DNA of 27,822 nucleotides, taken from IMG/VR virus record IMGVR_UViG_3300050144_000065, positions 1 to 27,822 of that record; one strand, 5' to 3'. This document shows positions 8,221 through 17,171 of the stretch, one piece after another (positions within the stretch are counted from its first letter, which is position 1; each line of letters begins with the position of its first letter). The translations under genes were made by a program, and so were the position numbers. Origin of the DNA: a virus. Its lineage: Duplodnaviria; Caudoviricetes. Below the pieces are notes generated by a model, which worked only from the letters and a program-made list of their open reading frames with translations, ran no database searches and was not told where the DNA came from.

Positions 8221-8532
8221 ATGTGTGATCCAGTAACAGCAGCACTTGTGATCGGTGGCATATCGGTGGCCAACCAGTACCAACAGGGTGAAGACGCCAA
8301 AAAGGCGCAGTCCGAAGCCAACACCAAGGCCACCGCCAACGCCCGGACAGCCGCTGACCAAGCCGACCAGGCCAATAACCGCGCCAATGGCAAACAACCC
8401 GACATTGCCAGTCTGTCGTCTCAAAACTCCATGGCTGCCAAGGGTGGCGTGGGCGGCACCATGCTGACCGGGCCGCAAGGCGTGGACCCCAAGACCTTGC
8501 TGCTGGGCAAGACTACCCTGCTGGGCGCATAA
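8221..8532 (+). CDS. Small virion protein preceding the portal
   Basis: 103 aa, MCDP start, C-terminal TMLTGPQGV...LGKTTLLG, typical of the pre-portal protein in this phage group. Confidence 0.8.
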   Translation: MCDPVTAALVIGGISVANQYQQGEDAKKAQSEANTKATANARTAADQADQANNRANGKQPDIASLSSQNSMAAKGGVGGTMLTGPQGVDPKTLLLGKTTLLGA

Positions 8533-8535
8533 GCA

Positions 8536-10206
8536 ATGGCCGACCAAGCCTCGCGCGACCGGCTTTACACCCGATGGGGTGCGCTCAAGTCCGAGCGCTC
8601 CACCTGGTGGTCGCACTGGTCCGAGATAAGCGACTTCATTCTTCCGCGCTCGGGCCGGTTCTTCATTCAAGACCGCAACCGTGGCCAGAAGCGCCACAAC
8701 AACATCTACGACAACACCGGCACCAAAGCCTTGCGCGTGCTGGCCGCTGGAATGATGGCAGGCATGACCAGCCCCGCGCGGCCATGGTTCCGGCTGGAGA
8801 CACCTGACGCGGACCTGAACAAATCGCCAGCGGTGAAGCTGTGGCTGTCGCAGGTCACGCGCACCATGCTGGCCATCTTCGCCAAGTCCAACACCTACCG
8901 CGCACTGCACAGCGGTTACGAAGAGCTGGGTGCGTTTGGCACTATGGCCAGCATCGTGATGCCGGACTTTCAGAACGTCATCCACCAGTACCCGCTGACC
9001 ACGGGCGAGTTCTGTCTGGCACAGAACTGGAAGGGCGAAGTGGTCACGCTGTACCGCGAGTTCCAGAAGACCGTGGGCGAAATGGTGGCCGAATTCGGGC
9101 GCGACAAGTGCAGCACCAACGTGCAAAACCTGTGGGACCGTGGTTCGCTGGACCAGTGGATCACCATCGTGCACGCCATCGAGCCCCGCACTGACCGTGA
9201 CCCCAGCAAGCGTGACAACCTGAACATGCCGTGGAAGTCGGTGTACTTCGAGCTGAATGGCGCGAAGGACAAGTACCTGAGTGAGTCCGGTTTCAAGCAG
9301 TTCCCCGCCATCGCAGCGCGCTGGGCCACCACGGGCGGCGACATCTACGGCAACAGCCCAGGCATGGACGCGCTGGGCGACATCAAGCAGCTCCAGCACG
9401 AGCAAATGCGCAAGGCCCAGGGCATCGACTACATGACCAAGCCCCCGCTGCAAGTGCCTGCCAGCATGAAGGGCCGCGACATTGACACCCTGCCGGGTGG
9501 CATCAGCTTTGTGGACCAAGCAGGCCCCGCGGGTGGCATGCGCACGGCGTTCGACGCCCGTATCGACCTGAGCCACTTGCTGGGCGACATCCAGGACGTG
9601 CGCGAGCGCATCCGTGGCGCATTCAGCGCGGACCTGTTCCTGATGCTGGCCAACAGCACCAACAACGCTATGACCGCCACCGAAGTGGCCGAACGGCATG
9701 AGGAAAAGATGCTCATGCTCGGCCCGGTGGTGGAACGCTTGCACTCGGAAATGCTGGACCCGCTGATTGAGGCCACGTTCGAGCACATGATGCTGGCCGG
9801 TATCGTGCCACCCCCACCGCCTGAGCTGCATGGTATGGACCTGAATGTGACCTACGTGTCCATGCTGGCCCAGGCCCAGCGCGCCATTGCCACCAACGGT
9901 ATCGACCGTTTCGTGGGCAACTTGGGCCAAGTGGCCAGCTTCAAACCCGACGTGCTGGACAAGTTCGACAGCGACGTGTGGGCTGACAAGTACAGCGATA
10001 TGTTGGGCGTGGACCCCGAGTTCGTGGTGCCGTCCGACAAGGTGGCACTCATTCGCAACCAGCGCGCCCAAGCGCAGGCCCAAGCCCAAAAGATTGCCCA
10101 GGTGGAGCAGGCCGCAAGCGCGGCGCAAAAGCTGGGCACCGTGCAAACCCCATCCGGCAACGCAGGCAACGACGTGTTGCAGGCGTTTTCGGGCTACACC
10201 TCGTGA
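8536..10206 (+). CDS. Portal / head-tail connector (T7-like)
   Basis: 556 aa. TSPARPWF, YGNSPG..ALGDIKQL and MTATEVAERHEEK..LGPVVERL..E.LDPL motifs. Confidence 0.95.
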   Translation: MADQASRDRLYTRWGALKSERSTWWSHWSEISDFILPRSGRFFIQDRNRGQKRHNNIYDNTGTKALRVLAAGMMAGMTSPARPWFRLETPDADLNKSPAVKLWLSQVTRTMLAIFAKSNTYRALHSGYEELGAFGTMASIVMPDFQNVIHQYPLTTGEFCLAQNWKGEVVTLYREFQKTVGEMVAEFGRDKCSTNVQNLWDRGSLDQWITIVHAIEPRTDRDPSKRDNLNMPWKSVYFELNGAKDKYLSESGFKQFPAIAARWATTGGDIYGNSPGMDALGDIKQLQHEQMRKAQGIDYMTKPPLQVPASMKGRDIDTLPGGISFVDQAGPAGGMRTAFDARIDLSHLLGDIQDVRERIRGAFSADLFLMLANSTNNAMTATEVAERHEEKMLMLGPVVERLHSEMLDPLIEATFEHMMLAGIVPPPPPELHGMDLNVTYVSMLAQAQRAIATNGIDRFVGNLGQVASFKPDVLDKFDSDVWADKYSDMLGVDPEFVVPSDKVALIRNQRAQAQAQAQKIAQVEQAASAAQKLGTVQTPSGNAGNDVLQAFSGYTS

Positions 10207-10213
10207 GGCAACC

Positions 10214-10561
10214 ATGACCATCCACGCATCCAATTCCATCAGCACCCAATCGCACCGCGCATTCCTGTCCCAGTGGACGGGGCTGGCCGTGGGCGACGAG
10301 GGCGCGCCCATTGCGTTCTCCCAGTTCACCGACAAGAGCGTGCAGGTGTCGGGCATCTTCGGCGCGGGCGGTGGTGTCAGCTTCGTGGGCAGCAACGACG
10401 GCGTGGAGTGGGCGCCACTCACGGACCCGCAAGGCAACGCACTGACGTTCATCGCCCAAAAGATCAAGCTGGTTTGCGAGGCCACGGCCCTTGTCAAGCC
10501 CGTGGTGACGGGCGGCGACGGCACCACCAATCTGACCGTAACCGTGTTGATGAAGGAATAA
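10214..10561 (+). CDS. Small beta-rich putative structural protein
   Basis: 115 aa from ATG 10214 with GAGG SD. GSNDGVEW motif. The ORF-track extension to 9887 overlaps the portal gene. Confidence 0.75.
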   Translation: MTIHASNSISTQSHRAFLSQWTGLAVGDEGAPIAFSQFTDKSVQVSGIFGAGGGVSFVGSNDGVEWAPLTDPQGNALTFIAQKIKLVCEATALVKPVVTGGDGTTNLTVTVLMKE

Positions 10562-10564
10562 GCC

Positions 10565-11041
10565 ATGTCAAACGAATTTCTCCAAGCTGCTGACGATGCC
10601 AACCGGCTGCTGGCCGGGTTCTCCGCGGTCAAGACGCTGGCCGATGCCTTCGCCAAAGTGGGCCAGATTCAGCAAGTGCAGGCCGAAGCCGAGGCACGAC
10701 TGGCCGAGCTGAACCCCAAGGTGGATCAGGCCCGTGCCCAGATCGCCGAAGCCGAAGCCACGTTGCGGGCTGCCGAGCTGCAAGCCCGCACGCTGGTGGC
10801 CGACGCACAAGCCGAGGCGTCGGTCATTCTGGTTAATGCGCAAGCCGAAGCCCAGACCGTGCAAGCGGGTGCCGATAGCTACGTGCTGCAAAAGCACGTC
10901 GAGGCGGACACCGCCTTCGTTGCAGCCCAGGCGGCACTGCAAGCCGTTGCCGAACAGCACGCGGCCATATCACTGGAAGTGCAGGCCTTCGAGACCCGGG
11001 TGGCCGAAGCCCGCGCTTATCTGGCCAAGTTGGCGGGGTAA
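10565..11041 (+). CDS. Ala/Gln/Glu-rich coiled-coil protein
   Basis: 158 aa, AAGGA SD, long heptad-like helix. Confidence 0.8.
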   Translation: MSNEFLQAADDANRLLAGFSAVKTLADAFAKVGQIQQVQAEAEARLAELNPKVDQARAQIAEAEATLRAAELQARTLVADAQAEASVILVNAQAEAQTVQAGADSYVLQKHVEADTAFVAAQAALQAVAEQHAAISLEVQAFETRVAEARAYLAKLAG

Positions 11042-11044
11042 CCC

Positions 11045-11530
11045 ATGGACGCCCGCGAACAGTTTGGCCCGCACTTCACCTACGTGGTGGAGTGTGTCGG
11101 CGCGGACGGCCTGGTGAAGTGGACCGAGGAATACACCAACCTGGTGACCACGGCGGGCAAGACCGACATCATCGACAAGTATTTCAAGGGCGTGACGTAC
11201 TCCGCTGGCTGGTTCTTGGGCCTCAAGGGCACGGGCGTGGCCGTGGTGGGCGATACCCTGGCAGCCCACGCGAGCTGGGCCGAAGTCAACCCCTACACCG
11301 GCAACCGTCCGGGCATCACCTTTGGCACTACAGCGGCGGGCAGCAACACCGCCACCGTCGTCAGCTATGCCATCACGCTGGCCGGACCCACCACCGTGGC
11401 AGGGGCGTTTGTCTGCAATCAGGCATCCGGCACGGCTGGCGTTCTGTATTCCGCTGGTGACTTCACCGTGTCCCGCTCGGTTGTCTCTGGCGACACGCTC
11501 AACGTGACGTTGACGGTCAACGCAACGTAA
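11045..11530 (+). CDS. Putative fibre-base/minor structural beta protein
   Basis: 161 aa, Thr/Gly/Val-rich. The NLVT..GK and GVLYS..F...RSV.SGDTLNVT pattern is seen in phage fibre-associated proteins. Confidence 0.7.
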   Translation: MDAREQFGPHFTYVVECVGADGLVKWTEEYTNLVTTAGKTDIIDKYFKGVTYSAGWFLGLKGTGVAVVGDTLAAHASWAEVNPYTGNRPGITFGTTAAGSNTATVVSYAITLAGPTTVAGAFVCNQASGTAGVLYSAGDFTVSRSVVSGDTLNVTLTVNAT

Positions 11531-11539
11531 AGGCAGAAC

Positions 11540-12211
11540 ATGGCAGCGAAAACCAATCAGGTCATCATCCTGCCCCTTGACACGGGCAACACCGGCAAAA
11601 AGATTCGCACCAAAGAATCGGTTGTTGGTGCCAACACCGTCGAAGAGTATTTCTTCATTCCGTCCACGGAACGCAGCGAGACCGGCCGTTACAAAGCGGT
11701 GGCCACGGCGGCGGCCATCCCGACCGCTGCCCATACCGGCAACACCACCGGTTTTCTGTACCTGGTCAACCCGCTGGCCTCCACGGTTAACGCTTCGCTC
11801 TCGCGCCTGCTGCTGGAGCACAATTTCAGCACGACCCTCGCGCTGGATTTGATTGCGCCCATCCTGCGCGTGAGTCGCTTTACGTTTACCGGCACGCTGT
11901 CTGCGGCGACCATCACACCGGGCAAGCGGGCAAGTGCTGATGCCGCACCGCAATTGCTGCTGGCTGCGGCCATGACGGGCCTGACCGTGACACTGGGTGC
12001 CACGATGATCGAATACATCGGCCAGACGCAGGACATTGCAACAGGCGGTGGCGGACATTGGGGTGCGCAGGTTGATAACTGGAACCCGGACGAAGAGGGC
12101 GACGAGATTGTGCTGGCGCCGGGTGAGGGCATTGTGGTGTGGTCTGCATTGGCCGTCACTACAGCCAACCGCAAGCTGTCAATCTCGACAGCCTGGAAAG
12201 AATTCAACTAA
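11540..12211 (+). CDS. Hypothetical beta-rich virion-associated protein
   Basis: 223 aa, AAGG SD, C-terminal IVLAPGEGIVV...W.E motif, in-operon spacing. Confidence 0.75.
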   Translation: MAAKTNQVIILPLDTGNTGKKIRTKESVVGANTVEEYFFIPSTERSETGRYKAVATAAAIPTAAHTGNTTGFLYLVNPLASTVNASLSRLLLEHNFSTTLALDLIAPILRVSRFTFTGTLSAATITPGKRASADAAPQLLLAAAMTGLTVTLGATMIEYIGQTQDIATGGGGHWGAQVDNWNPDEEGDEIVLAPGEGIVVWSALAVTTANRKLSISTAWKEFN

Positions 12212-12220
12212 GGCAACGGC

Positions 12221-13024
12221 ATGGCATTCACGCTCATTGATGGCGTTGTCGCCAATGACGCGTTCGCCAGCCCCGCCAGCCCCGGCACATCGCAACTTGT
12301 CGATGGCCTGAATAACTGGGCGTTCGCCAGCCCCGCAAGCGCTACGGCCCAGCCGGTGGACGCCGTTCTGGGGCTCATGACCTGGACGTTTGTCGGCGGC
12401 GGGGGTACCACCTACAACGACACGCTGGCCGAGTCAATCGCCATGGGCGACACCTACACCAACGCACAGCTATTTGCGAACGCACTCGCCGAATCCATCC
12501 TTGCCGGTGACGGTCTCACGACGGCACAGGTGTTCACCAACACGCTGGCCGAGAGCATGGCGCCCACTGACAGCAATGGCGGTGTGCAAACCTTTATTGC
12601 GTCCCTGACCGAAGGCCCCACGCTGGCGGACCAGTACACGGCGGCGGTGTCGGGCGGCGCTACCACCTACAACGAAACGCTGTCCGAAGCCTTGACGCTG
12701 GCAGACAGCTACCTTGCAGCGGCCACGTACAGCAACGCCATCGCCGAATCGGTGGCTGCGGGTGACAGCGTGGCCAGCGCGCAAGTGTTCGCCGCCACCC
12801 TGAGCGAATCCACCGCCCTGAGCGATGGCGCGGGCGGCACGCAAACCTTTGCCAGCACCCTGGCTGAAAGCATCGCCGTGTCCGAAGCACTGGGCAGCAC
12901 GGCCGTGATGTTCGTCAGCTATGCGGAAAGTGTGGCCCTGATTGATGTGTCGGACGGTGTGGTGCCGGGGTCGGTTGTGCCGACCTCCATGGCCGAGCTG
13001 ATTCGCCGCCGTCGCCGAATGTAA
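12221..13024 (+). CDS. Repeat protein with about nine 20-aa repeats, putative fibre
   Basis: Repeat [TV][YF]xxxLAESxxxxD (for example TYNDTLAESIAMGD, VFTNTLAESMAPTD, TFASTLAESIAVSE). Ends in RRRRRM. Confidence 0.8.
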   Translation: MAFTLIDGVVANDAFASPASPGTSQLVDGLNNWAFASPASATAQPVDAVLGLMTWTFVGGGGTTYNDTLAESIAMGDTYTNAQLFANALAESILAGDGLTTAQVFTNTLAESMAPTDSNGGVQTFIASLTEGPTLADQYTAAVSGGATTYNETLSEALTLADSYLAAATYSNAIAESVAAGDSVASAQVFAATLSESTALSDGAGGTQTFASTLAESIAVSEALGSTAVMFVSYAESVALIDVSDGVVPGSVVPTSMAELIRRRRRM

Positions 13025-13039
13025 TTTAAGGAGAAAGAT

Positions 13040-13372
13040 ATGCCCAAACTGATTGATATGAAGCTGGAAGCCGACGAGCGCTATGACGGCATGGTGTGCT
13101 GCGGGAGTAGCAATTACCCCGGTGGCCTGGCCATTTGGCTGAACGAGGACCAGTGCGAAGCCTTGGGTATCACCCGCGCACTCAAACCCGGCACTGAGCT
13201 AACCCTGAGCGCCAAGGCTATCGTCACCACCTCCAGCGAATCGCTTGAGCGCGACGGTGACGATAAGGGCACTGACGTGAGCCTGAACCTGCAAATTATT
13301 GAGCTGGGCGCAACCGTGGGTGGCGTGGTTCGGGGCGCAGCCGAAGTGCTTTATGGGTCCAGTGGCGACTAG
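13040..13372 (+). CDS. Capsid staple-like small protein
   Basis: AAGGAG SD. The YPGGLAIWL...LGI...G....A.A.V...S...LNLQI pattern and its position before the Bbp19-like gene. Confidence 0.65.
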   Translation: MPKLIDMKLEADERYDGMVCCGSSNYPGGLAIWLNEDQCEALGITRALKPGTELTLSAKAIVTTSSESLERDGDDKGTDVSLNLQIIELGATVGGVVRGAAEVLYGSSGD

Positions 13373-13374
13373 GT

Positions 13375-13407
13375 GGTGCACGTAAGAGCACCGCGCAAAA
13401 CTAATCT
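13375..13407 (+). promoter_or_regulatory. Late promoter motif, copy 3 (head operon)
   Basis: GGTGCACGTAA-N16-TAATCT, then 6 nt to the GTG start at 13414. Confidence 0.72.
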
Positions 13408-13413
13408 GCGTGC

Positions 13414-13722
13414 GTGAGCAACTACGACCCTCTCGACCAAGACGCCCAGGACAAGGCCCGCAAGGACCGTTCTGCGCGTGACAAGCTGGCTGACCAGACC
13501 GAAGTCGAGGATGTCAAGTGGTTGATGGGAAGCAAACGTGGACGGCGGATTTTGTGGCGTGTGCTGGAACGGGCGGGTGTGTTTCGCCTCTCGTTCAACA
13601 CCAACAGCATGACCATGGCCTTTGCCGAAGGCGCGCGCAACGAGGGCTTGCGGATGCTGGCAACGATCCACAGCGCTTGCCCTGACCTTTACCCCACCAT
13701 GCTGAAAGAGGCCAACGAATGA
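13414..13722 (+). CDS. Bbp19-like head-associated protein
   Basis: DVKWLM...GRRILW..L..AGVF..SF.....MAFAEG.RN.G motif. ATGA overlap with the scaffold gene. Confidence 0.85.
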   Translation: MSNYDPLDQDAQDKARKDRSARDKLADQTEVEDVKWLMGSKRGRRILWRVLERAGVFRLSFNTNSMTMAFAEGARNEGLRMLATIHSACPDLYPTMLKEANE

Positions 13723-14423
13723 AGTTTCGCCGATACCGGCTACAAAACGCAGACCCCGCCGCATCCGGTGGCGGTGCTGCAACCCTTATGACTGACGGTG
13801 CCCAAACCAATGCCGCCGCCAGTTCAACCGCGTCCGACGCCACCCAGGCACCCGTGCTTGAGGTGAAGCCGGACGCAACCCAGCAGGCCTCTACCGATAA
13901 CACCGACGCGAATACCGACGGCAAGACGGACGAGACCGCTGCGCCGCCTGAAAAGGTCGTGCCCGAGAAGTACGAATTCACGCAGCCCGAAGGGGTGAGC
14001 ATGGATGCCGAAGCACTCGGTGAGTTTGAAGGCCTTGCCAAAGAACTCAAGCTGTCCCAAGAGGAAGCGCAGAAGGTGACCGACATCGGCGCGAAGCTCG
14101 CGCAGAAGTGGGAAGCCAAGCAGGCCGACGTGATCCAGCAGGCAGCCGCCGAATGGGCCGCAACGGCAACGGCCGACAAGGAATACGGGGGCGAAAAGCT
14201 CACTGAAAGCCTGACGGTTGCCAAGAAAGCGCTTGACGCTTTCGGCACACCAGAACTGCGCACGCTGTTGAACGACTCCCGGCTGGGCAATCACCCCGAG
14301 GTGATCCGCTTCATGGTCCGGGCAGGCAAGGCAATCAGTGAGGACCGCATGGTCACGGGTGGCGCGGGGCCAGCAACGGCATCGCAAAGCACGGCCAAGG
14401 CCCTCTACCCCAATCAGTCATAA
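13719..14423 (+). CDS. Capsid scaffolding protein
   Basis: Low-complexity N-terminus, PEKYEF, LGNHPEVIRFM..GKAISED and KALYP. Immediately upstream of the major capsid gene. Confidence 0.85.
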   Translation: MKFRRYRLQNADPAASGGGAATLMTDGAQTNAAASSTASDATQAPVLEVKPDATQQASTDNTDANTDGKTDETAAPPEKVVPEKYEFTQPEGVSMDAEALGEFEGLAKELKLSQEEAQKVTDIGAKLAQKWEAKQADVIQQAAAEWAATATADKEYGGEKLTESLTVAKKALDAFGTPELRTLLNDSRLGNHPEVIRFMVRAGKAISEDRMVTGGAGPATASQSTAKALYPNQS

Positions 14424-14435
14424 AGGAAAAATATC

Positions 14436-15455
14436 ATGGCAACACTCGGAACCGGCGCACTCACATTAGCTGACTGGGCCAAACGACTCGACCCGGATGG
14501 CCAAGTGCCTAAGGTCGCTGAACTGCTTTCGCAGACCAATGAAATTCTGGAAGATGCGGTATTCATGGAAGGCAATTTGCCCACCGGCCACCGCTTGACC
14601 ATCCGCACCGGCTTGCCCCAAGTCTTCTACCGCATGATCAACCAGGGTGTGCCGACTTCCAAGTCCACCACTGCCCAGATTGACGAAGCATGCGGCATCC
14701 TGGAAGCCCGTAGCCACATCGACGTGGAACTGGCCAAGCTCAACGGCAACACGGCCGCGTTCCGTTTGTCCGAAGACCAGGCATTCATCGAAGCCATGAA
14801 CCAAACCATGGCTGGCGCGATGTTCTACGGCAACCCCGGCACTGACCCCCGTCAGTTCTTGGGCCTGCAAACCCGCTACAGCTCGCTGGGTGCGGGTAAC
14901 GGTCAGAACATTCTGGACGCGGGCGGCACTGGTTCCAACAACGCATCCATCTACCTGGTGGTGTGGGGTGAGAACACCGTGTTTTGCCCCTTCCCCAAGG
15001 GCACCAAAGCCGGTTTGATGCACCAGGATCTGGGTGAAGAGTCCGTGCCTGACGCGAACAACAACTTCTTCCAAGCCATGCGTGCCCTGTACCAGTGGAA
15101 AAACGGCGTGGCCGTCAAAGACTGGCGCTACATCGTGCGTATTGCCAACATCAACGTGACCGATTTGATTGGCCAGTCTGCCACCCAGGCAGCTACCGCC
15201 GCCACCCAGATCATCAACTTGATGTCCCGCGCTCTGGATCGCGTGCCCAATCTGGGCTTGGGCCGTCCTTGCTTCTATGCCAACCGCACCGTGTACTCGT
15301 TGCTGCGCGTCGCCGCGCTGAACAAGTCCAATGCGGCCTTGAGCATCGAGCAAGCGCTGACCCAGTTCGGTACGTCTTACAGCCTCACCCGTTTCTTGGG
15401 TGTGCCACTGCGCAAGGTGGACCAGTTGCTGAACACCGAGACCCGCGTGGTCTAA
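14436..15455 (+). CDS. Major capsid protein (BPP-1 Bbp17/epsilon15 gp7-like)
   Basis: 339 aa. LTLADWAKR, ELLSQTNEIL, DWRYIVRIANI and FLGVPLRKVDQLLNTE. Strong AAAGGA SD. Confidence 0.93.
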   Translation: MATLGTGALTLADWAKRLDPDGQVPKVAELLSQTNEILEDAVFMEGNLPTGHRLTIRTGLPQVFYRMINQGVPTSKSTTAQIDEACGILEARSHIDVELAKLNGNTAAFRLSEDQAFIEAMNQTMAGAMFYGNPGTDPRQFLGLQTRYSSLGAGNGQNILDAGGTGSNNASIYLVVWGENTVFCPFPKGTKAGLMHQDLGEESVPDANNNFFQAMRALYQWKNGVAVKDWRYIVRIANINVTDLIGQSATQAATAATQIINLMSRALDRVPNLGLGRPCFYANRTVYSLLRVAALNKSNAALSIEQALTQFGTSYSLTRFLGVPLRKVDQLLNTETRVV

Positions 15456-15479
15456 GCCCCGTAACTTCAAGGAAATACC

Positions 15480-15974
15480 ATGATCCTCGACAACTTTGAT
15501 CTCTTGTCCGGCTCGGTCTCCGCTGCTGGTGTTCTGACCGGTCAGGCCGTTACGACCACCGCAGTATCTACCAACACGCTGGACACAGCACCTTTGGCTT
15601 TGGGCGGTAATACCCCCAACGACATCGGACGCGGTGAACCCCTGTCCGTCGCCATCAGCACGCTGATTGCCGCCACCGCTGCGGGCGCTGCCACCGTCAA
15701 CTTCGAGTTGATTCAGGCGGACGACGCTGCGCTGACCACCAACGTGGAAACCATTGTGCAAACCGGCCCTATCGGCAAGGCAACATTGGTGCTGGGTGCT
15801 TTGGTGCACCTGCGCTATGACCGTGCCGCACCGCTGGCAGCTCGCCGCTATGTCGGTGTGCGCTACACGGTGGGCACTGGCCCGCTGACCGCTGGCTCGT
15901 TTGCCGCTGCCATCGTCAAAGACCCAGCCGATATTGCCAACATCTACGGCAAATCCGGCTTCGCAGTCTCCTAA
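15480..15974 (+). CDS. Capsid cement protein (Bbp16-like)
   Basis: MILD...S...QAVT..AVSTN.LD N-terminus and RYVGVRYTV...LTAGSF.A C-terminus. Follows the major capsid gene. Confidence 0.85.
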   Translation: MILDNFDLLSGSVSAAGVLTGQAVTTTAVSTNTLDTAPLALGGNTPNDIGRGEPLSVAISTLIAATAAGAATVNFELIQADDAALTTNVETIVQTGPIGKATLVLGALVHLRYDRAAPLAARRYVGVRYTVGTGPLTAGSFAAAIVKDPADIANIYGKSGFAVS

Positions 15975-15981
15975 GCGAATC

Positions 15982-16030
15982 GGCCCGTCACGCCTCTCAA
16001 CGATGCGCACCCCGACGGGCCTCTCTTTTA
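15982..16030 (+). terminator. Large-loop hairpin with a pyrimidine tail (attenuator or structured RNA)
   Basis: GGCCCGTC (15982-15989) pairs with GACGGGCC (16014-16021), followed by TCTCTTTTA. Confidence 0.4.
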
Positions 16031-16058
16031 ACCCTTCCTCAATCACTGAAAGAAGACC

Positions 16059-16433
16059 ATGCCAAAGTACCGCGTCAAAGAGCTGTCGCTCATCGGCAAT
16101 GAATTGTTCCAAGCGGGTGCCGAAGTCGAATACGACGGCCTGCCCGCTGAAAACCTCGAACCTCTGGACGACGAGGGCAAAGCCAAGTACCAGGAATACC
16201 TGGACAGCAATGCCGAACGCATCAAAAAGATGATTGCCGAGAACCAGACCAGTGGCGTCGGTGACCCCGGCGACTTCGCCAAAGCCATGGCCAAGTACCA
16301 GTCCGAACAGACCGTGGTGCTTGCCACTGTGGTCGCCGAGGCCGTCGCCGCTGCCTTTAGCCGCTTGTTTCCTGACGGCATGCCCGTCGTGGCACAGGCG
16401 GGTAAAGACAAGGGCAAGGCAAGCCTGGTCTAA
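16059..16433 (+). CDS. Hypothetical head-region protein
   Basis: 124 aa with N-terminal YRV...S.IGN.L...G.EVEYDG.P..NLEPL, GC3-rich codons. Confidence 0.8.
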   Translation: MPKYRVKELSLIGNELFQAGAEVEYDGLPAENLEPLDDEGKAKYQEYLDSNAERIKKMIAENQTSGVGDPGDFAKAMAKYQSEQTVVLATVVAEAVAAAFSRLFPDGMPVVAQAGKDKGKASLV

Positions 16434-16451
16434 GTCCGGGCCGTTGATTGT

Positions 16452-16481
16452 GAAAAGGGGCCTCTGTGCCCCTTTTCTTTT
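16452..16481 (+). terminator. Rho-independent terminator after the capsid genes
   Basis: GAAAAGGGGC-CTCTGT-GCCCCTTTTC followed by TTTT. Confidence 0.8.
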
Positions 16482-16493
16482 AAGGAGATTTGA

Positions 16494-17171
16494 ATGGCCA
16501 GCGTCGTCGATATTTGCAATCAGGCCCTGAGCCACTTGGGCGATAGCGCCACCGTGGCCAGCATTGACCCGCCCGAGGGCAGCGCCCAGGCAGAGCACTG
16601 CGCGCGCTTCTATCCGGCCGCACTGGCCGCGCTGCTGGAAATGCATCCGTGGGCTTTTGCCACCCGCCGCACCACGCTGGCAGCGGTGGCCAATCCGTCC
16701 AGCACTTGGGCCTATGCCTACGCACTGCCCAGCAACGCCATCAATTTGATTTCCATTCTGGCGCCGGATGCAACCGACGATTACAGCTCCAGCATGCAGT
16801 CCAGCGCGCAGGCCTACGACAACAGCTATTCGCACAATACCGTGGGCGGTGCTTACACCCCGCAGGATTTCAGCTCCGAGACCGACGATCTGGGCAATGA
16901 CATCATTCTGACCAACCAGGCCGACGCCGTGCTGCGCTACACCGTGCTGGTGAGCGACACCACCAAGTTCTCGCCCTTGTTTGTCGAGGCCTTGACGTGG
17001 CTGCTGGCGTCCAAGTTGGCAGGCCCGGTGCTCAAGGGCGACGCGGGCATGCAAGCTGCGCAGGCCTGCACCAAAACCTTTGTCTACTGGATGGGCAAGG
17101 CCAGCGACTCGGACGCTTCGCAGCGCCGTGCCGCACCGCGCCAGCAAGTCGGCTGGATGAATGCACGATGA
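16494..17171 (+). CDS. Tail tubular protein A / adaptor (T7 gp11-like)
   Basis: SVVDICNQALSHLG, HPWAFA, W.YAY.LP and FSPLFVEAL...LA motifs. AAGGAG SD. Confidence 0.88.
   Translation: MASVVDICNQALSHLGDSATVASIDPPEGSAQAEHCARFYPAALAALLEMHPWAFATRRTTLAAVANPSSTWAYAYALPSNAINLISILAPDATDDYSSSMQSSAQAYDNSYSHNTVGGAYTPQDFSSETDDLGNDIILTNQADAVLRYTVLVSDTTKFSPLFVEALTWLLASKLAGPVLKGDAGMQAAQACTKTFVYWMGKASDSDASQRRAAPRQQVGWMNAR

Noticed and set aside
8200-10656. 818-aa minus-strand ORF
   Set aside because: Antisense shadow of the portal and neighbouring genes.
14466-17147. 893-aa minus-strand ORF
   Set aside because: Antisense shadow of the capsid, cement and adaptor genes. GC3-biased sense genes leave the reverse frame stop-poor, and it has no motifs.
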